From: Alphaproteobacteria bacterium
GTDB lineage: Bacteria; Pseudomonadota; Alphaproteobacteria; Rs-D84
DNA: 64,000 nt
NCBI GenBank assembly: GCA_017403085.1
Contig: JAFQOQ010000021.1
Span: forward strand, 4,193 to 68,192
Reading direction: 5' to 3'
The notes below the pieces were generated by a model that saw nothing but the letters and a program-made list of their open reading frames with translations, was not told the origin of the DNA and ran no database searches. How positions within the stretch are numbered: position 1 is the first letter of the stretch; every line of letters begins with the position of its first letter. This document shows positions 1-8,908 of the stretch, piece by piece. The translations under genes and the position numbers were made by a program.

Positions 1-2
1 TC

Positions 3-308
3 ATGGCTGCAATCGACATAATGCCACGCAATACATCCGAACACCCACTGTGGCGCGCACTGGGCGGCATCATGGACGAATACGCAAAAAATCCGTTCGC
101 ACTTGAAAAATTACGTCGCAACATAAAACTAGACACAGAAATCGCCCGCAGCGTCGATAATTACATGCGTCGCGCAGACAACTTCTTACACCATTTAACA
201 ACCACAGAACCAGACGGCCTACTTTCATCTACATTCACAGACGGTCTGTTGGGGCAATCTTTAACCTTCTTTGCCCAGGCAAAACAATTGGCGGCCCAAG
301 AAAACTAA
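3..308 (+). CDS. C-terminal part of an unidentified protein; the ORF is open to the window edge, so it is probably 5'-truncated
   Basis: Open frame from the first full codon to a TAA at 306-308, immediately upstream of sufB. I recognise no motif. Confidence 0.35.
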   Translation: MAAIDIMPRNTSEHPLWRALGGIMDEYAKNPFALEKLRRNIKLDTEIARSVDNYMRRADNFLHHLTTTEPDGLLSSTFTDGLLGQSLTFFAQAKQLAAQEN

Positions 309-1640
309 ATGTCACAAAAATTATCTGAAAATCTTATTCGTGAAATATCACACACCAGACAAGAACCAGACTGGTTATTACAATGGCGCCTTGACGCATT
401 TCACACATGGAAAAAGATGCACGAACCACACTGGGCAGAAATCGATTACGCACCAATTGATTACGACGATTTGGACTATTACAACACGCCTGCACCAATT
501 GACAATTCTGACCTAGAATCCGTATATGACAAAATGGGCTTGCCAGAATCAGAAAAGCGTGCATTGCTCGGCATGGCAACAGACACTGTTATTGACAGTC
601 GCTCGGTCCATACATCATATACCGCCGAATTGGAAAAACTGGGGATAATATTTCTACCCTTTTCTGACGCTGTAAAGCAACACCCAGAATTGGTCAAAAA
701 ATATTTGGGCACTGTCGTACCAACAACCGACAATTTTTATGCCGCATTAAACGCCGCGGTATTTTCAGACGGCACATTTGTTTATATTCCCCCAAACACC
801 AAGTGTCCGATTGATTTAGCCAGCTATTTCAGAATCGAAACTGCAAAAATCGGCCAATTTGAACGCACGCTAATTATCGCCGACAATGGCGCCGAATTAA
901 CATACATGGAAGGGTGCAGCGCCCCCCGTCGCCCAAATCACCAACTGCACAGTGGCGTTGTAGAAATCATTGTGTGTGACAATGCAATCGTAAAATACGC
1001 CACTGTTCAAAACTGGTTTGCCGGCAACTATCACAATGGCAAAAATTCCGGTGGCATACTAAACTTTGTCACCAAGCGCGGCAAATGCGGCACCAATGCA
1101 CGACTTGATTGGACACAACTCGAAATCGGCAGTGCAATGACATGGAAATACCCATCCACCATTTTATATGGCGACAATGCACAAAGTGATTTTTATTCGT
1201 TGTCAATAACACGTGGCGCCCAACAGGCGGACACAGGAACAAAAATGATACACATTGGCAACAACACCATATCCAATATTGTATCATATGGTGTCGCAAC
1301 AGATTCATCACGTCAAACATTTCGCAGCCTAGTATCTTTTTCGGGCAACAACTGCAAAAACGCTTCAAAATGCGACACTCGCATCATCGGGCAAAACGCC
1401 ATTGCAAATACATTGCCAACAATTATACACAATGGCCAAAACAACACCCAAAGTCACGAGGCAACAACAGGCGCCATCGATACCGCCACCCTATTTTACC
1501 TCAACCAATCTGGCATCCCAACGGATACCGCAATCGCACTTATTATTGGCGCCGCTGCAAATCCGGTTATATCGCGCCTGCCAATGGAATTTTTGGTTGA
1601 ATCCAAACAACTAATTCAAATGGCTCTGTCAAAGGACTAA
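309..1640 (+). CDS. sufB: Fe-S cluster assembly protein SufB
   Basis: 443 aa. Has typical SufB segments (YMEGCSAP, DFYSLSITRGAQQADTGTKMIHIGNNT) and is followed 3 nt later by sufC. Confidence 0.9.
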   Translation: MSQKLSENLIREISHTRQEPDWLLQWRLDAFHTWKKMHEPHWAEIDYAPIDYDDLDYYNTPAPIDNSDLESVYDKMGLPESEKRALLGMATDTVIDSRSVHTSYTAELEKLGIIFLPFSDAVKQHPELVKKYLGTVVPTTDNFYAALNAAVFSDGTFVYIPPNTKCPIDLASYFRIETAKIGQFERTLIIADNGAELTYMEGCSAPRRPNHQLHSGVVEIIVCDNAIVKYATVQNWFAGNYHNGKNSGGILNFVTKRGKCGTNARLDWTQLEIGSAMTWKYPSTILYGDNAQSDFYSLSITRGAQQADTGTKMIHIGNNTISNIVSYGVATDSSRQTFRSLVSFSGNNCKNASKCDTRIIGQNAIANTLPTIIHNGQNNTQSHEATTGAIDTATLFYLNQSGIPTDTAIALIIGAAANPVISRLPMEFLVESKQLIQMALSKD

Positions 1641-1643
1641 CAC

Positions 1644-2321
1644 ATGCTAGAAATAAAAAATTTATCTGTACATATGGGCGACAAAGAATTGTTACACAAC
1701 ATCAACATGACTATTCATGACGGTGCCCGCCATTTATTATCTGGCCACAATGGCAGTGGCAAATCTACATTGGCCCAAACGCTTGCTGGCAATCCAGACT
1801 ATCAAATAACCCATGGCCAAATAATATTTGACGGACGCGATATAACAAACGAAAACACAACCACGCGCGCATTATTGGGCATATTTTTAGGCGCCCAACA
1901 CGTGCCAGAAATCCCTGGATTAACAATCATCAGTTTTCTAAAACATTCATGTGCCGCGCACACGCATTTTCAAACAGGCCGCGATTTATCAATGGGTGAT
2001 TTTTTAACACAACTTAACGCCGCCTGCGACCAACTAGATATTCCACGCGAATGGCTTAACCGCAGCATTAACGTCGGATTTTCTGGTGGCGAACGCAAGC
2101 GCGTGATGTTATTACGCCTGTTGATGACCCAGCCTAAACTCGCAATTTTAGACGAACCCGATTCCGGCGCAGACGCCGCGACACAACAATTAATTACCAA
2201 GACTATTTCAACAATGCCCAACACTACCTTTTTATTCATCAGCCACCAACAGGGATTCACAGAACAGGTCCAACCAACCGACATAACAACTTTATCCCAT
2301 GGTGAAATTATGGTAAAATAA
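1644..2321 (+). CDS. sufC: Fe-S cluster assembly ATPase SufC
   Basis: Walker A GHNGSGKST, ABC signature FSGGERKR, Walker B ILDEPDSG. Size (225 aa) and position after sufB fit. Confidence 0.92.
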   Translation: MLEIKNLSVHMGDKELLHNINMTIHDGARHLLSGHNGSGKSTLAQTLAGNPDYQITHGQIIFDGRDITNENTTTRALLGIFLGAQHVPEIPGLTIISFLKHSCAAHTHFQTGRDLSMGDFLTQLNAACDQLDIPREWLNRSINVGFSGGERKRVMLLRLLMTQPKLAILDEPDSGADAATQQLITKTISTMPNTTFLFISHQQGFTEQVQPTDITTLSHGEIMVK

Positions 2322-2346
2322 CGACATACTAACGAAAGGACAAGAT

Positions 2347-3264
2347 ATGCAAAACACAAAACACGCAACATTATCTTCATGGTTACTGTGGGCGCCACTA
2401 AGATTTGCAGTTATATCTTTGGGATTGATGCTGGGCACAACACTGCTGTACAACGCAATTGCAACACGCATTTATACCGCGTCCCCAATTCCACAAACAC
2501 CTATCGTTATATTGCTGACATTATCCATTGCCTTTGCTGCGACACTACTTATTCGCCGCCTGCCATGCGAAAAAATGGATCGCAATAATTTCATCCGCAT
2601 TCACAACGCACAAACGTTCATCTTATCCATAACACTAATAGTATCTTCTATTATATTATTCATGAACCCAGATAAATTCATGTTACAACTATTATGGCTT
2701 GAAACACATGCCAGTTTATCATTTTTAATATTGGCGATAATCGCGGCCATCTTTTACATGTACCTTCTTGGGCTGCTGATTTCAAATATATACGCGAAAT
2801 ACCTGCGTACGCGCGACATGAATATCCCCGCATGGAAAGTTATATGCAGCATGCCATTTGGCTTTTCCATGCTATGGTCCGCAGGATACCTAATGAATAC
2901 AAAACCCGTCACCAAAAAATCCAAATCAGACAATTGGTATTCACGCATAACAAACTGGGTTCTTGCAAAGCAATCTAACACAATATTGTCGTTCATTTGC
3001 ATTACACTGCTGTCTGGATTCTTTTTCGGATTTCGTTCCATATTATTAACATTTGCCCTGGCATTAGTATATGGCATATGGGCATTACAGGTCGGCGCAA
3101 AAACACTGTCCAAAGACATCAGTCACAGATACACCAATACGGCAATTATAATAAATATTATACTGCTGGTTTTAATCATTGGATTTAACACAATGGTACC
3201 ATCACCCCAAGATGTCCAGGTCGTAATATCCGACATCTCGCAAATCAATGAAACTATTCGGTAA
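2347..3264 (+). CDS. Hypothetical polytopic membrane protein
   Basis: 305 aa with several long hydrophobic segments. ATG start 25 nt after sufC. No recognisable family. Confidence 0.55.
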   Translation: MQNTKHATLSSWLLWAPLRFAVISLGLMLGTTLLYNAIATRIYTASPIPQTPIVILLTLSIAFAATLLIRRLPCEKMDRNNFIRIHNAQTFILSITLIVSSIILFMNPDKFMLQLLWLETHASLSFLILAIIAAIFYMYLLGLLISNIYAKYLRTRDMNIPAWKVICSMPFGFSMLWSAGYLMNTKPVTKKSKSDNWYSRITNWVLAKQSNTILSFICITLLSGFFFGFRSILLTFALALVYGIWALQVGAKTLSKDISHRYTNTAIIINIILLVLIIGFNTMVPSPQDVQVVISDISQINETIR

Positions 3265-3318
3265 AAATACGCGCTATACGCACGATTTACTGGGATACAA
3301 CCAGAAAGGGCCACGTCT

Positions 3319-4362
3319 ATGAAAGGAATTATTCTATTTGTAATATCTATATTACTACTATGGTTTGGACGTTCTATTTTAATTCCATTATTGGTTGCCG
3401 CATTTTTATGGTATTTAATAAATGCAATTGCAGAATACTGTCGCAAGTTATTTCCATACAAAACACCAAAAACCAAGAAAGAACGCATATACTCATACAT
3501 ATTTGATTGGATTTCTGGAATTTTGGCCATATCATCAACAATTGGTTTAATAATACTATTTATCACCCAGGTCCAACCTATGTTTGCAGAACTAGTACGC
3601 GCACTGCCCGAATTACAACATAAGTTAATTGACTTTGGCAAATATATATCATCATTACTTGGCACACGATTTGACGCAAACCTGTTGCCAAACATTACAA
3701 AAATTGCAACCAACATCGGCACATCCGTGGCAGGCATTGCAACATCACTTGGGATGGTTTTTGTATATGTATTCTTTATGTTTATTGAACAAAGCACATT
3801 TAACAAAAAATTCTCATCCCTATTTCCTAACAAACGCCAATATACAAAAATGCGATATATCATAGACAGCATTGACAACAACATGAAAAAATATCTGTTT
3901 GTTAAAACGGCGATATCTGCCATCACAGGATTAGCATCGTATCTGTGGTTGCAATTAATCGGCGTCGAATTTGCAGGCGTCTGGGCATTTATCGTATTTG
4001 TTGCAAATTACATACCCACAATTGGTGCAATTGTCGCATGCGGATTGCCTATTTTATATTCTCTTGTCACGGCCCCATCATTACAACAGCCTATATTAAC
4101 CGCTGTTGGTTTAATCGGCGTTCAAATTTTATTTGGTAATATCCTAGAACCAAAACTAACTGGCAAAACGCTAAATCTATCAACACTTGCCATTTTAATA
4201 AACTTGGTATTTTGGGGCGTAATCTGGGGCGTCGCCGGCATGTTCTTTAGCGTACCATTATTGGTTGCAGTATTTATTATCACTGCACAATTTGATTCCA
4301 CACGATGGGTTGCAATACTACTATCAGCCGACGGAAACATCCCCGACAAAAACGAAGAATAA
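3319..4362 (+). CDS. AI-2E family transporter (PerM/YdiK-like permease)
   Basis: 347 aa, multi-TM. The C-terminal block GNILEPKLTGKTLNLSTLAILINLVFWGVIWGVAGMFFSVPLL matches the conserved AI-2E family core. Confidence 0.8.
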   Translation: MKGIILFVISILLLWFGRSILIPLLVAAFLWYLINAIAEYCRKLFPYKTPKTKKERIYSYIFDWISGILAISSTIGLIILFITQVQPMFAELVRALPELQHKLIDFGKYISSLLGTRFDANLLPNITKIATNIGTSVAGIATSLGMVFVYVFFMFIEQSTFNKKFSSLFPNKRQYTKMRYIIDSIDNNMKKYLFVKTAISAITGLASYLWLQLIGVEFAGVWAFIVFVANYIPTIGAIVACGLPILYSLVTAPSLQQPILTAVGLIGVQILFGNILEPKLTGKTLNLSTLAILINLVFWGVIWGVAGMFFSVPLLVAVFIITAQFDSTRWVAILLSADGNIPDKNEE

Positions 4363-4378
4363 AAACGCGCTATACGCA

Positions 4379-4408
4379 TAAAAAACGGGCTTTTTTAAGC
4401 CCGTTTTA
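4379..4408. terminator. Bidirectional intrinsic terminator between the convergent permease and ruvX genes
   Basis: Stem AACGGGCT (4384-4391) pairs with AGCCCGTT (4398-4405). The loop is TTTTTA, with an A-run upstream and a T-run downstream. Confidence 0.6.
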
Positions 4409-4844
4409 TCATTGATATTGCATTTTCCAAAATCACCTTGGCAGATTCAGAATCCAATTTTTGTTTCAAATCATTAACACGCACACGCCCCATATTTTCC
4501 TGTGCGGTCGCAGACGTTAAATTCTCTTCAATTGTACATATCGGCAAATCTGTTACACGACTTAAATCATCTAAAAATGCAACAACTTGACGACTGGTAT
4601 CCGATACTGCGCCATCATTATACAGTGGCATTCCAACAACAATCCCTGCTACGCCTTCTGCGTGCGCTAATTCCGCCACCATTTGTGCATGATTTACCGC
4701 ACCACGCGGCATAACAATTGCATCACGGGCAAACACAAAATCGCGCATCGGGTCAGATACTGCGACCCCAATACGGCGCAGTCCCCAATCGATTCCCAAA
4801 ATGCGTCCCACACGCGGAAAAGCCTTGAAATCTGGCAAAATCAT
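4395..4844 (-). CDS. ruvX: Putative pre-16S rRNA nuclease / Holliday-junction-resolvase-like protein YqgF (RuvX)
   Basis: 149 aa. N-terminal ILGIDWGLRRIGVAVSD is the RuvX/YqgF signature. Confidence 0.85.
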   Translation of the reverse strand: MILPDFKAFPRVGRILGIDWGLRRIGVAVSDPMRDFVFARDAIVMPRGAVNHAQMVAELAHAEGVAGIVVGMPLYNDGAVSDTSRQVVAFLDDLSRVTDLPICTIEENLTSATAQENMGRVRVNDLKQKLDSESAKVILENAISMIKRA

Positions 4845-4881
4845 TGTATAATTCCTTTACTTTATAAATATAGGATTGAAA

Positions 4882-5178
4882 ATGGCATTTAGCAAGCAAC
4901 AATTACAAAAATTCGCAGACCTAATAAAAATCGAAATATCTGATGAAAAATTGGCTGAAATGAATATCGATTCGGTCATTGAATGGCTGGACAAACTTCA
5001 AAAGATTGATACAACGGGCACGACCCCATTATTAAACCCATCAGAACACAAATTACCAATGCGCGAAGATGTGGTAACCGACGGTAATATTCGCGACCTT
5101 GTCTTGGCAAACGCGCCTGACAACGCTGGCACATCCCGCGGCTATTTCGCAGTACCCAAAGTTATGGACGGAGAGTAA
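4882..5178 (+). CDS. gatC: Glu/Asp-tRNA amidotransferase subunit C
   Basis: 98 aa from the ATG at 4882, with AGGA 6 nt upstream; the track start at 4876 is a TTG. Has a GatC-like C-terminus and lies directly upstream of gatA. Confidence 0.85.
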   Translation: MAFSKQQLQKFADLIKIEISDEKLAEMNIDSVIEWLDKLQKIDTTGTTPLLNPSEHKLPMREDVVTDGNIRDLVLANAPDNAGTSRGYFAVPKVMDGE

Positions 5179-5182
5179 AATT

Positions 5183-6649
5183 ATGATAAACCTGACATTA
5201 ACCGAAAGCTTACAGAAATTAAACAACCGTGAAATTTCCACTGTGGAATTAACACGCGCATATCTGGACCGAATTGAAAAATATGGTGCGGACCTAAATT
5301 GCTATATCACAACCACGCCCGAACGCGCAATGGCTGACGCCGCCGCATCTGATGCACGTCGCGCCGCAGGTGACGCAAAATTCTTGGACGGCGCACCAAT
5401 CGCAATGAAAGATTTATTTGCCACGCGCGGCATTCGCACAACCGCGGCATCGCGCATGTTGGAAAACTTTGTACCCGAATACGAATCCACGGTTTCACAA
5501 AAATTCATTGACGCCGGCACTGTTTTATTGGGCAAGGCAAACCTGGACGAATTCGCCATGGGCACGTTCAGCAAAACCAGTTACTTTGGCGCACCAATAA
5601 ATCCATGGCAACTGGACAAACAATTAACAGCCGGCGGTTCATCTGGTGGTTCAACATCTGCGGTGGCATCCGGCTTGGCCATTGCCGCAACTGGCACTGA
5701 TACCGGCGGTTCTATCCGCTTTCCTGCAGCGATTACGGGCCTGGTTGGCATGAAACCAACATATGGGCTATGTTCGCGCTGGGGTTGCGTTGCCTTTGCA
5801 TCCAGTTTAGATACACCTGGCCCAATTGCACGCACGGTTGATGACGCCGCGTTAATGTTATCTGCAATGGCGGGTCACGACCCCAAAGATTCAACCAGCA
5901 GCACACACGGATTCTCGTGCAATGCACCATTGGACCCTGTATTGGGCAACGGCAAAAAATTACGTATTGGCATCATCAAAGAATTCAACGACGTTAAAAT
6001 TTCAGACGACATGAAATCACTGTTTGACGCACGCATCCGTGATTTAAAATCCATGGGCGCTGAAATCGTCGAAGTATCAATTCCAAATATCCTGGACGCA
6101 TTGGCCGCCTACTATATCATCGCCCCAGCCGAGGCATCATCGAACCTGGCGCGCTATGACGGCATGCGTTATGGTCTGCGCGTCGAAGGCCGCGATATCT
6201 ACGACACATTCAAAAAGACACGTGCTGCCGGCTTTGGCGACGAAGTACAACGTCGTATGATTATCGGCACCGCGGTATTAAGCAGTGAATCATATGACGT
6301 ATATTTCATGCAGGCCGCACGCGTTCGTCGCATGATTGCCGACAGTTTTAATGCGGCATTTGAACAATGCGACCTTATTATCTGTCCATCCAGCGCAGGC
6401 ACCGCAATGCCATTGGCATCTGATTTAACACCACTGGAATATTACGCACTGGATTTATTCACAGTTGCGATGAATCTGGCTGGTATTCCTGCGTGCAGCG
6501 TTCCTGCCGGACTGGCACAAAACGGTCTGCCATTGGGAATTCAGGTGGTTGGTGCGCGCTTTGACGACATGCGCGTTCTGCAATTGGCCAAGCATATCGA
6601 AACCGCGGCCGCCATTGACAACCGCCCAACAACAATTATGGGGAAATAA
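5183..6649 (+). CDS. gatA: Glu/Asp-tRNA amidotransferase subunit A
   Basis: Amidase signature GGSSGGSTSAVASG...GTDTGGSIRFPAA. The ATG at 5183 gives the typical N-terminus MINLTLTE..ELTRAYLDRI, 4 nt after the gatC stop. Confidence 0.92.
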   Translation: MINLTLTESLQKLNNREISTVELTRAYLDRIEKYGADLNCYITTTPERAMADAAASDARRAAGDAKFLDGAPIAMKDLFATRGIRTTAASRMLENFVPEYESTVSQKFIDAGTVLLGKANLDEFAMGTFSKTSYFGAPINPWQLDKQLTAGGSSGGSTSAVASGLAIAATGTDTGGSIRFPAAITGLVGMKPTYGLCSRWGCVAFASSLDTPGPIARTVDDAALMLSAMAGHDPKDSTSSTHGFSCNAPLDPVLGNGKKLRIGIIKEFNDVKISDDMKSLFDARIRDLKSMGAEIVEVSIPNILDALAAYYIIAPAEASSNLARYDGMRYGLRVEGRDIYDTFKKTRAAGFGDEVQRRMIIGTAVLSSESYDVYFMQAARVRRMIADSFNAAFEQCDLIICPSSAGTAMPLASDLTPLEYYALDLFTVAMNLAGIPACSVPAGLAQNGLPLGIQVVGARFDDMRVLQLAKHIETAAAIDNRPTTIMGK

Positions 6650-6717
6650 AGACATAGAATTAACGTCCATCTTCTATGACAATAAAAAAATCGACTACAC
6701 GGTCGAACGAAAGGAGA

Positions 6718-6793
6718 TGGTGGAAAGCCGACGGAATCAAACCGCCGACACAGGAGTTTTAAGGTGAATTGTTCTAATACTATCTTCTTAACA
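6718..6793 (-). pseudogene. Decayed tandem copy of tRNA-Phe (tRNA pseudogene), 116 bp downstream of the intact gene
   Basis: 6681-6723 matches 6797-6839 (terminator, spacer and CCACCA) with one mismatch. The T-arm region is similar, but the acceptor stem and 5' half have diverged and no cloverleaf can be drawn. Confidence 0.4.
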
Positions 6794-6799
6794 AATAAT

Positions 6800-6822
6800 A
6801 AAAAAATCGACCACACGGTCGA
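6800..6822 (-). terminator. Intrinsic terminator of tRNA-Phe
   Basis: TCGACC-ACAC-GGTCGA hairpin (6807-6822) preceded on the plus strand by A7, which is a U-run after the hairpin on the minus strand. Confidence 0.6.
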
Positions 6823-6833
6823 ACGAAAGGAGA

Positions 6834-6909
6834 TGGTGGCTAGGGACGGAATCGAACCGCCGACACAGGGATTTTCAGTCCCTTGCTCTACCAACTGAGC
6901 TACCTAGCC
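6834..6909 (-). tRNA. tRNA-Phe (anticodon GAA)
   Basis: The reverse complement reads GGCTAGGTAGCTCAGTTGGTAGAGCAAGGGACTGAAAATCCCTGTGTCGGCGGTTCGATTCCGTCCCTAGCCACCA. It folds as a cloverleaf with anticodon loop CTGAAAA and an encoded CCA. Confidence 0.9.
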
Positions 6910-6965
6910 AACTGCGGGACAAATAATAAGATACGAAAAATAAAAAAGCAAGGGAAAAAGATAAA

Positions 6966-8486
6966 ATGTTCAGAATAAAAGGCAAAACATGTGATTGGGA
7001 ACTGGTAATCGGGCTGGAAACACACATCGAAGTACTATCCAAATCAAAATTATTCAGTGGCGCATCCGCCGATTATAACCCAACCGTATCGCCCAACACC
7101 CAGGTATCTATGGTCGATGTTGCCATGCCCGGTATGTTGCCAGTCTTAAACGAGCATTGCGTTGAACAGGCAATTAAATTTGGTCTGGGGATAAATGCAG
7201 AAATATCCCGCACCAGTCGTTTTGCCCGCAAACAATATTTCTATCCCGACCTGCCCCAGGGATACCAGATTTCCCAGCCGGCCGACGAAGCACCTGTTGT
7301 TGGTCGTGGCTGGGTTGAAATTATGGGCGACGACGGAAATCCTAAAAAGATTTTCATTGAACGCGCCCATATGGAACAAGACGCCGCTAAAAACAAACAC
7401 GACATGCACCCTGCAAAATCATTTGTTGATTTTAATCGCACTGGCGTAATGCTGCTGGAAATCGTGACATTTTTGGACACCAAAAACCCAGAAAACAATT
7501 CATATATATCGTCCCCGGACGAAGCAGAACGCTATCTGCGCGCGATTCGTGAAATTGCACGCGCACTGGGCGTATCCAAAGCAAACATGGAAGAAGGTTC
7601 AATGCGTGCCGACGTAAATGTATCTGTACGTCCTGTTGGTTCAACAGAATTCCGCACACGTACCGAAACTAAAAACATGGTATCATTTAAATTTATTAAA
7701 ACCGCCATTGAATTTGAGGCGCGCCGTCAAATTGAAATCTATGAAAACGGTGGCACTGTTACCCAGGACACAATGCGCTTTCACCAAGACGACGGCACAA
7801 CATCTGTCGCACGCAGTAAAGAAGACGCATTGGATTACCGCTATTTCCCGGACCCAGACCTGTTGCCAATTGTAATCACAGACGAACAAATCGAACGCAT
7901 ACGTCGCAGCATGCCCGAATTACCATCACAAACACGCGCGCGCTATACGGCAGATTTCGGCCTATCTGAATACGATGCCGCAAGACTTACTGAAACCACA
8001 GATATTTCACGCTGGTTTGACACTGCGGTAAATGGCAACAAAGAAAACGCCAAGTCAATTGCAAACTGGATGATATCTGAATTATTTGCCCATCCTGAAA
8101 ATTGGGATGTCAAAAATGAAAAATCAGGCATTATTGATGACATGCGTATTATCACTCCATCTGACTTATCTGAATTAGTCAATATGATTTCTGCATCTGA
8201 AATCAATGGCAAACAGGCCAAAGAAATATTTATAAAAATGCTGGATGGTGAATCTGGCACACCACGAGACATTGCTGACAAATTCGGAATGAAGCAAATG
8301 ACCGACACTGGCGCGATTGAAAAAATTGTTGATGATGTAATCGCCGCCAACCCATCCCAGGTAGAACAATATAAATCTGGCAAGGTTGGATTACTGGGCT
8401 TCTTTGTTGGTGGCGTCATGAAGAAAACCGGTGGCACTGCAAACCCTGCCGTCGTTAATGAAATCTTACGTAAAAAACTGGCATAA
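6966..8486 (+). CDS. gatB: Glu/Asp-tRNA amidotransferase subunit B
   Basis: 506 aa. N-terminus WELVIGLETHIEV, QYFYPDLPQGYQISQ, and a C-terminal YqeY-like tail. Confidence 0.93.
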   Translation: MFRIKGKTCDWELVIGLETHIEVLSKSKLFSGASADYNPTVSPNTQVSMVDVAMPGMLPVLNEHCVEQAIKFGLGINAEISRTSRFARKQYFYPDLPQGYQISQPADEAPVVGRGWVEIMGDDGNPKKIFIERAHMEQDAAKNKHDMHPAKSFVDFNRTGVMLLEIVTFLDTKNPENNSYISSPDEAERYLRAIREIARALGVSKANMEEGSMRADVNVSVRPVGSTEFRTRTETKNMVSFKFIKTAIEFEARRQIEIYENGGTVTQDTMRFHQDDGTTSVARSKEDALDYRYFPDPDLLPIVITDEQIERIRRSMPELPSQTRARYTADFGLSEYDAARLTETTDISRWFDTAVNGNKENAKSIANWMISELFAHPENWDVKNEKSGIIDDMRIITPSDLSELVNMISASEINGKQAKEIFIKMLDGESGTPRDIADKFGMKQMTDTGAIEKIVDDVIAANPSQVEQYKSGKVGLLGFFVGGVMKKTGGTANPAVVNEILRKKLA

Positions 8487-8503
8487 AAACAAAAGGACAA
8501 CAC

Positions 8504-8677
8504 ATGGTAAAAGTTATTAAAATCATCGAAGACAACGGCATCACTGGGGTCAGATATGGCACCGTCGAAGTACCACAGACACCGATTGAAAATAAACGCA
8601 CCGCCATCGAAAGATTCAAAAAAACACGTGCGACCTGTGCCGCAAAAATCCGCGGCGAACGCACAAAAAAGAAATAG
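8504..8677 (+). CDS. Small hypothetical protein (57 aa, below the ORF-track cutoff)
   Basis: ATG at 8504 preceded by AAAAGGA. Translation is MVKVIKIIEDNGITGVRYGTVEVPQTPIENKRTAIERFKKTRATCAAKIRGERTKKK. Fills the gatB-miaB gap. Confidence 0.35.
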   Translation: MVKVIKIIEDNGITGVRYGTVEVPQTPIENKRTAIERFKKTRATCAAKIRGERTKKK

Positions 8678-8678
8678 T

Positions 8679-8894
8679 ATGTCATACTATCTTGATTTTC
8701 TAGAAAACCTATTGGGCGATAATGTTATGCGCGACTATGAAAAATTAGTCCGTGAAATGACACACCACCAATCACAATCTAAAATCAATAATTGTGATTG
8801 GCATTATCGTCAAAAGTATTTATTGCGTGCCCAAAAAATCAAGAAACAATACATCACACACACTATTCACAATCATCGCATACGAACAAAATAA
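8679..8894 (+). CDS. Small hypothetical protein (71 aa)
   Basis: The ATG at 8679 is 1 nt after the preceding stop (MSYYLDFLENLL...). No known motif. Confidence 0.3.
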   Translation: MSYYLDFLENLLGDNVMRDYEKLVREMTHHQSQSKINNCDWHYRQKYLLRAQKIKKQYITHTIHNHRIRTK

Positions 8895-8908
8895 AGAAAT
8901 ATAGCGAA

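Noticed and set aside
6541-6894. A 117-aa minus-strand ORF, plus ORFs at 14240-14652 that span the tRNA loci.
   Set aside because: They read through tRNA-Phe or tRNA-Lys and their terminators or repeats. The tRNA calls explain the sequence.
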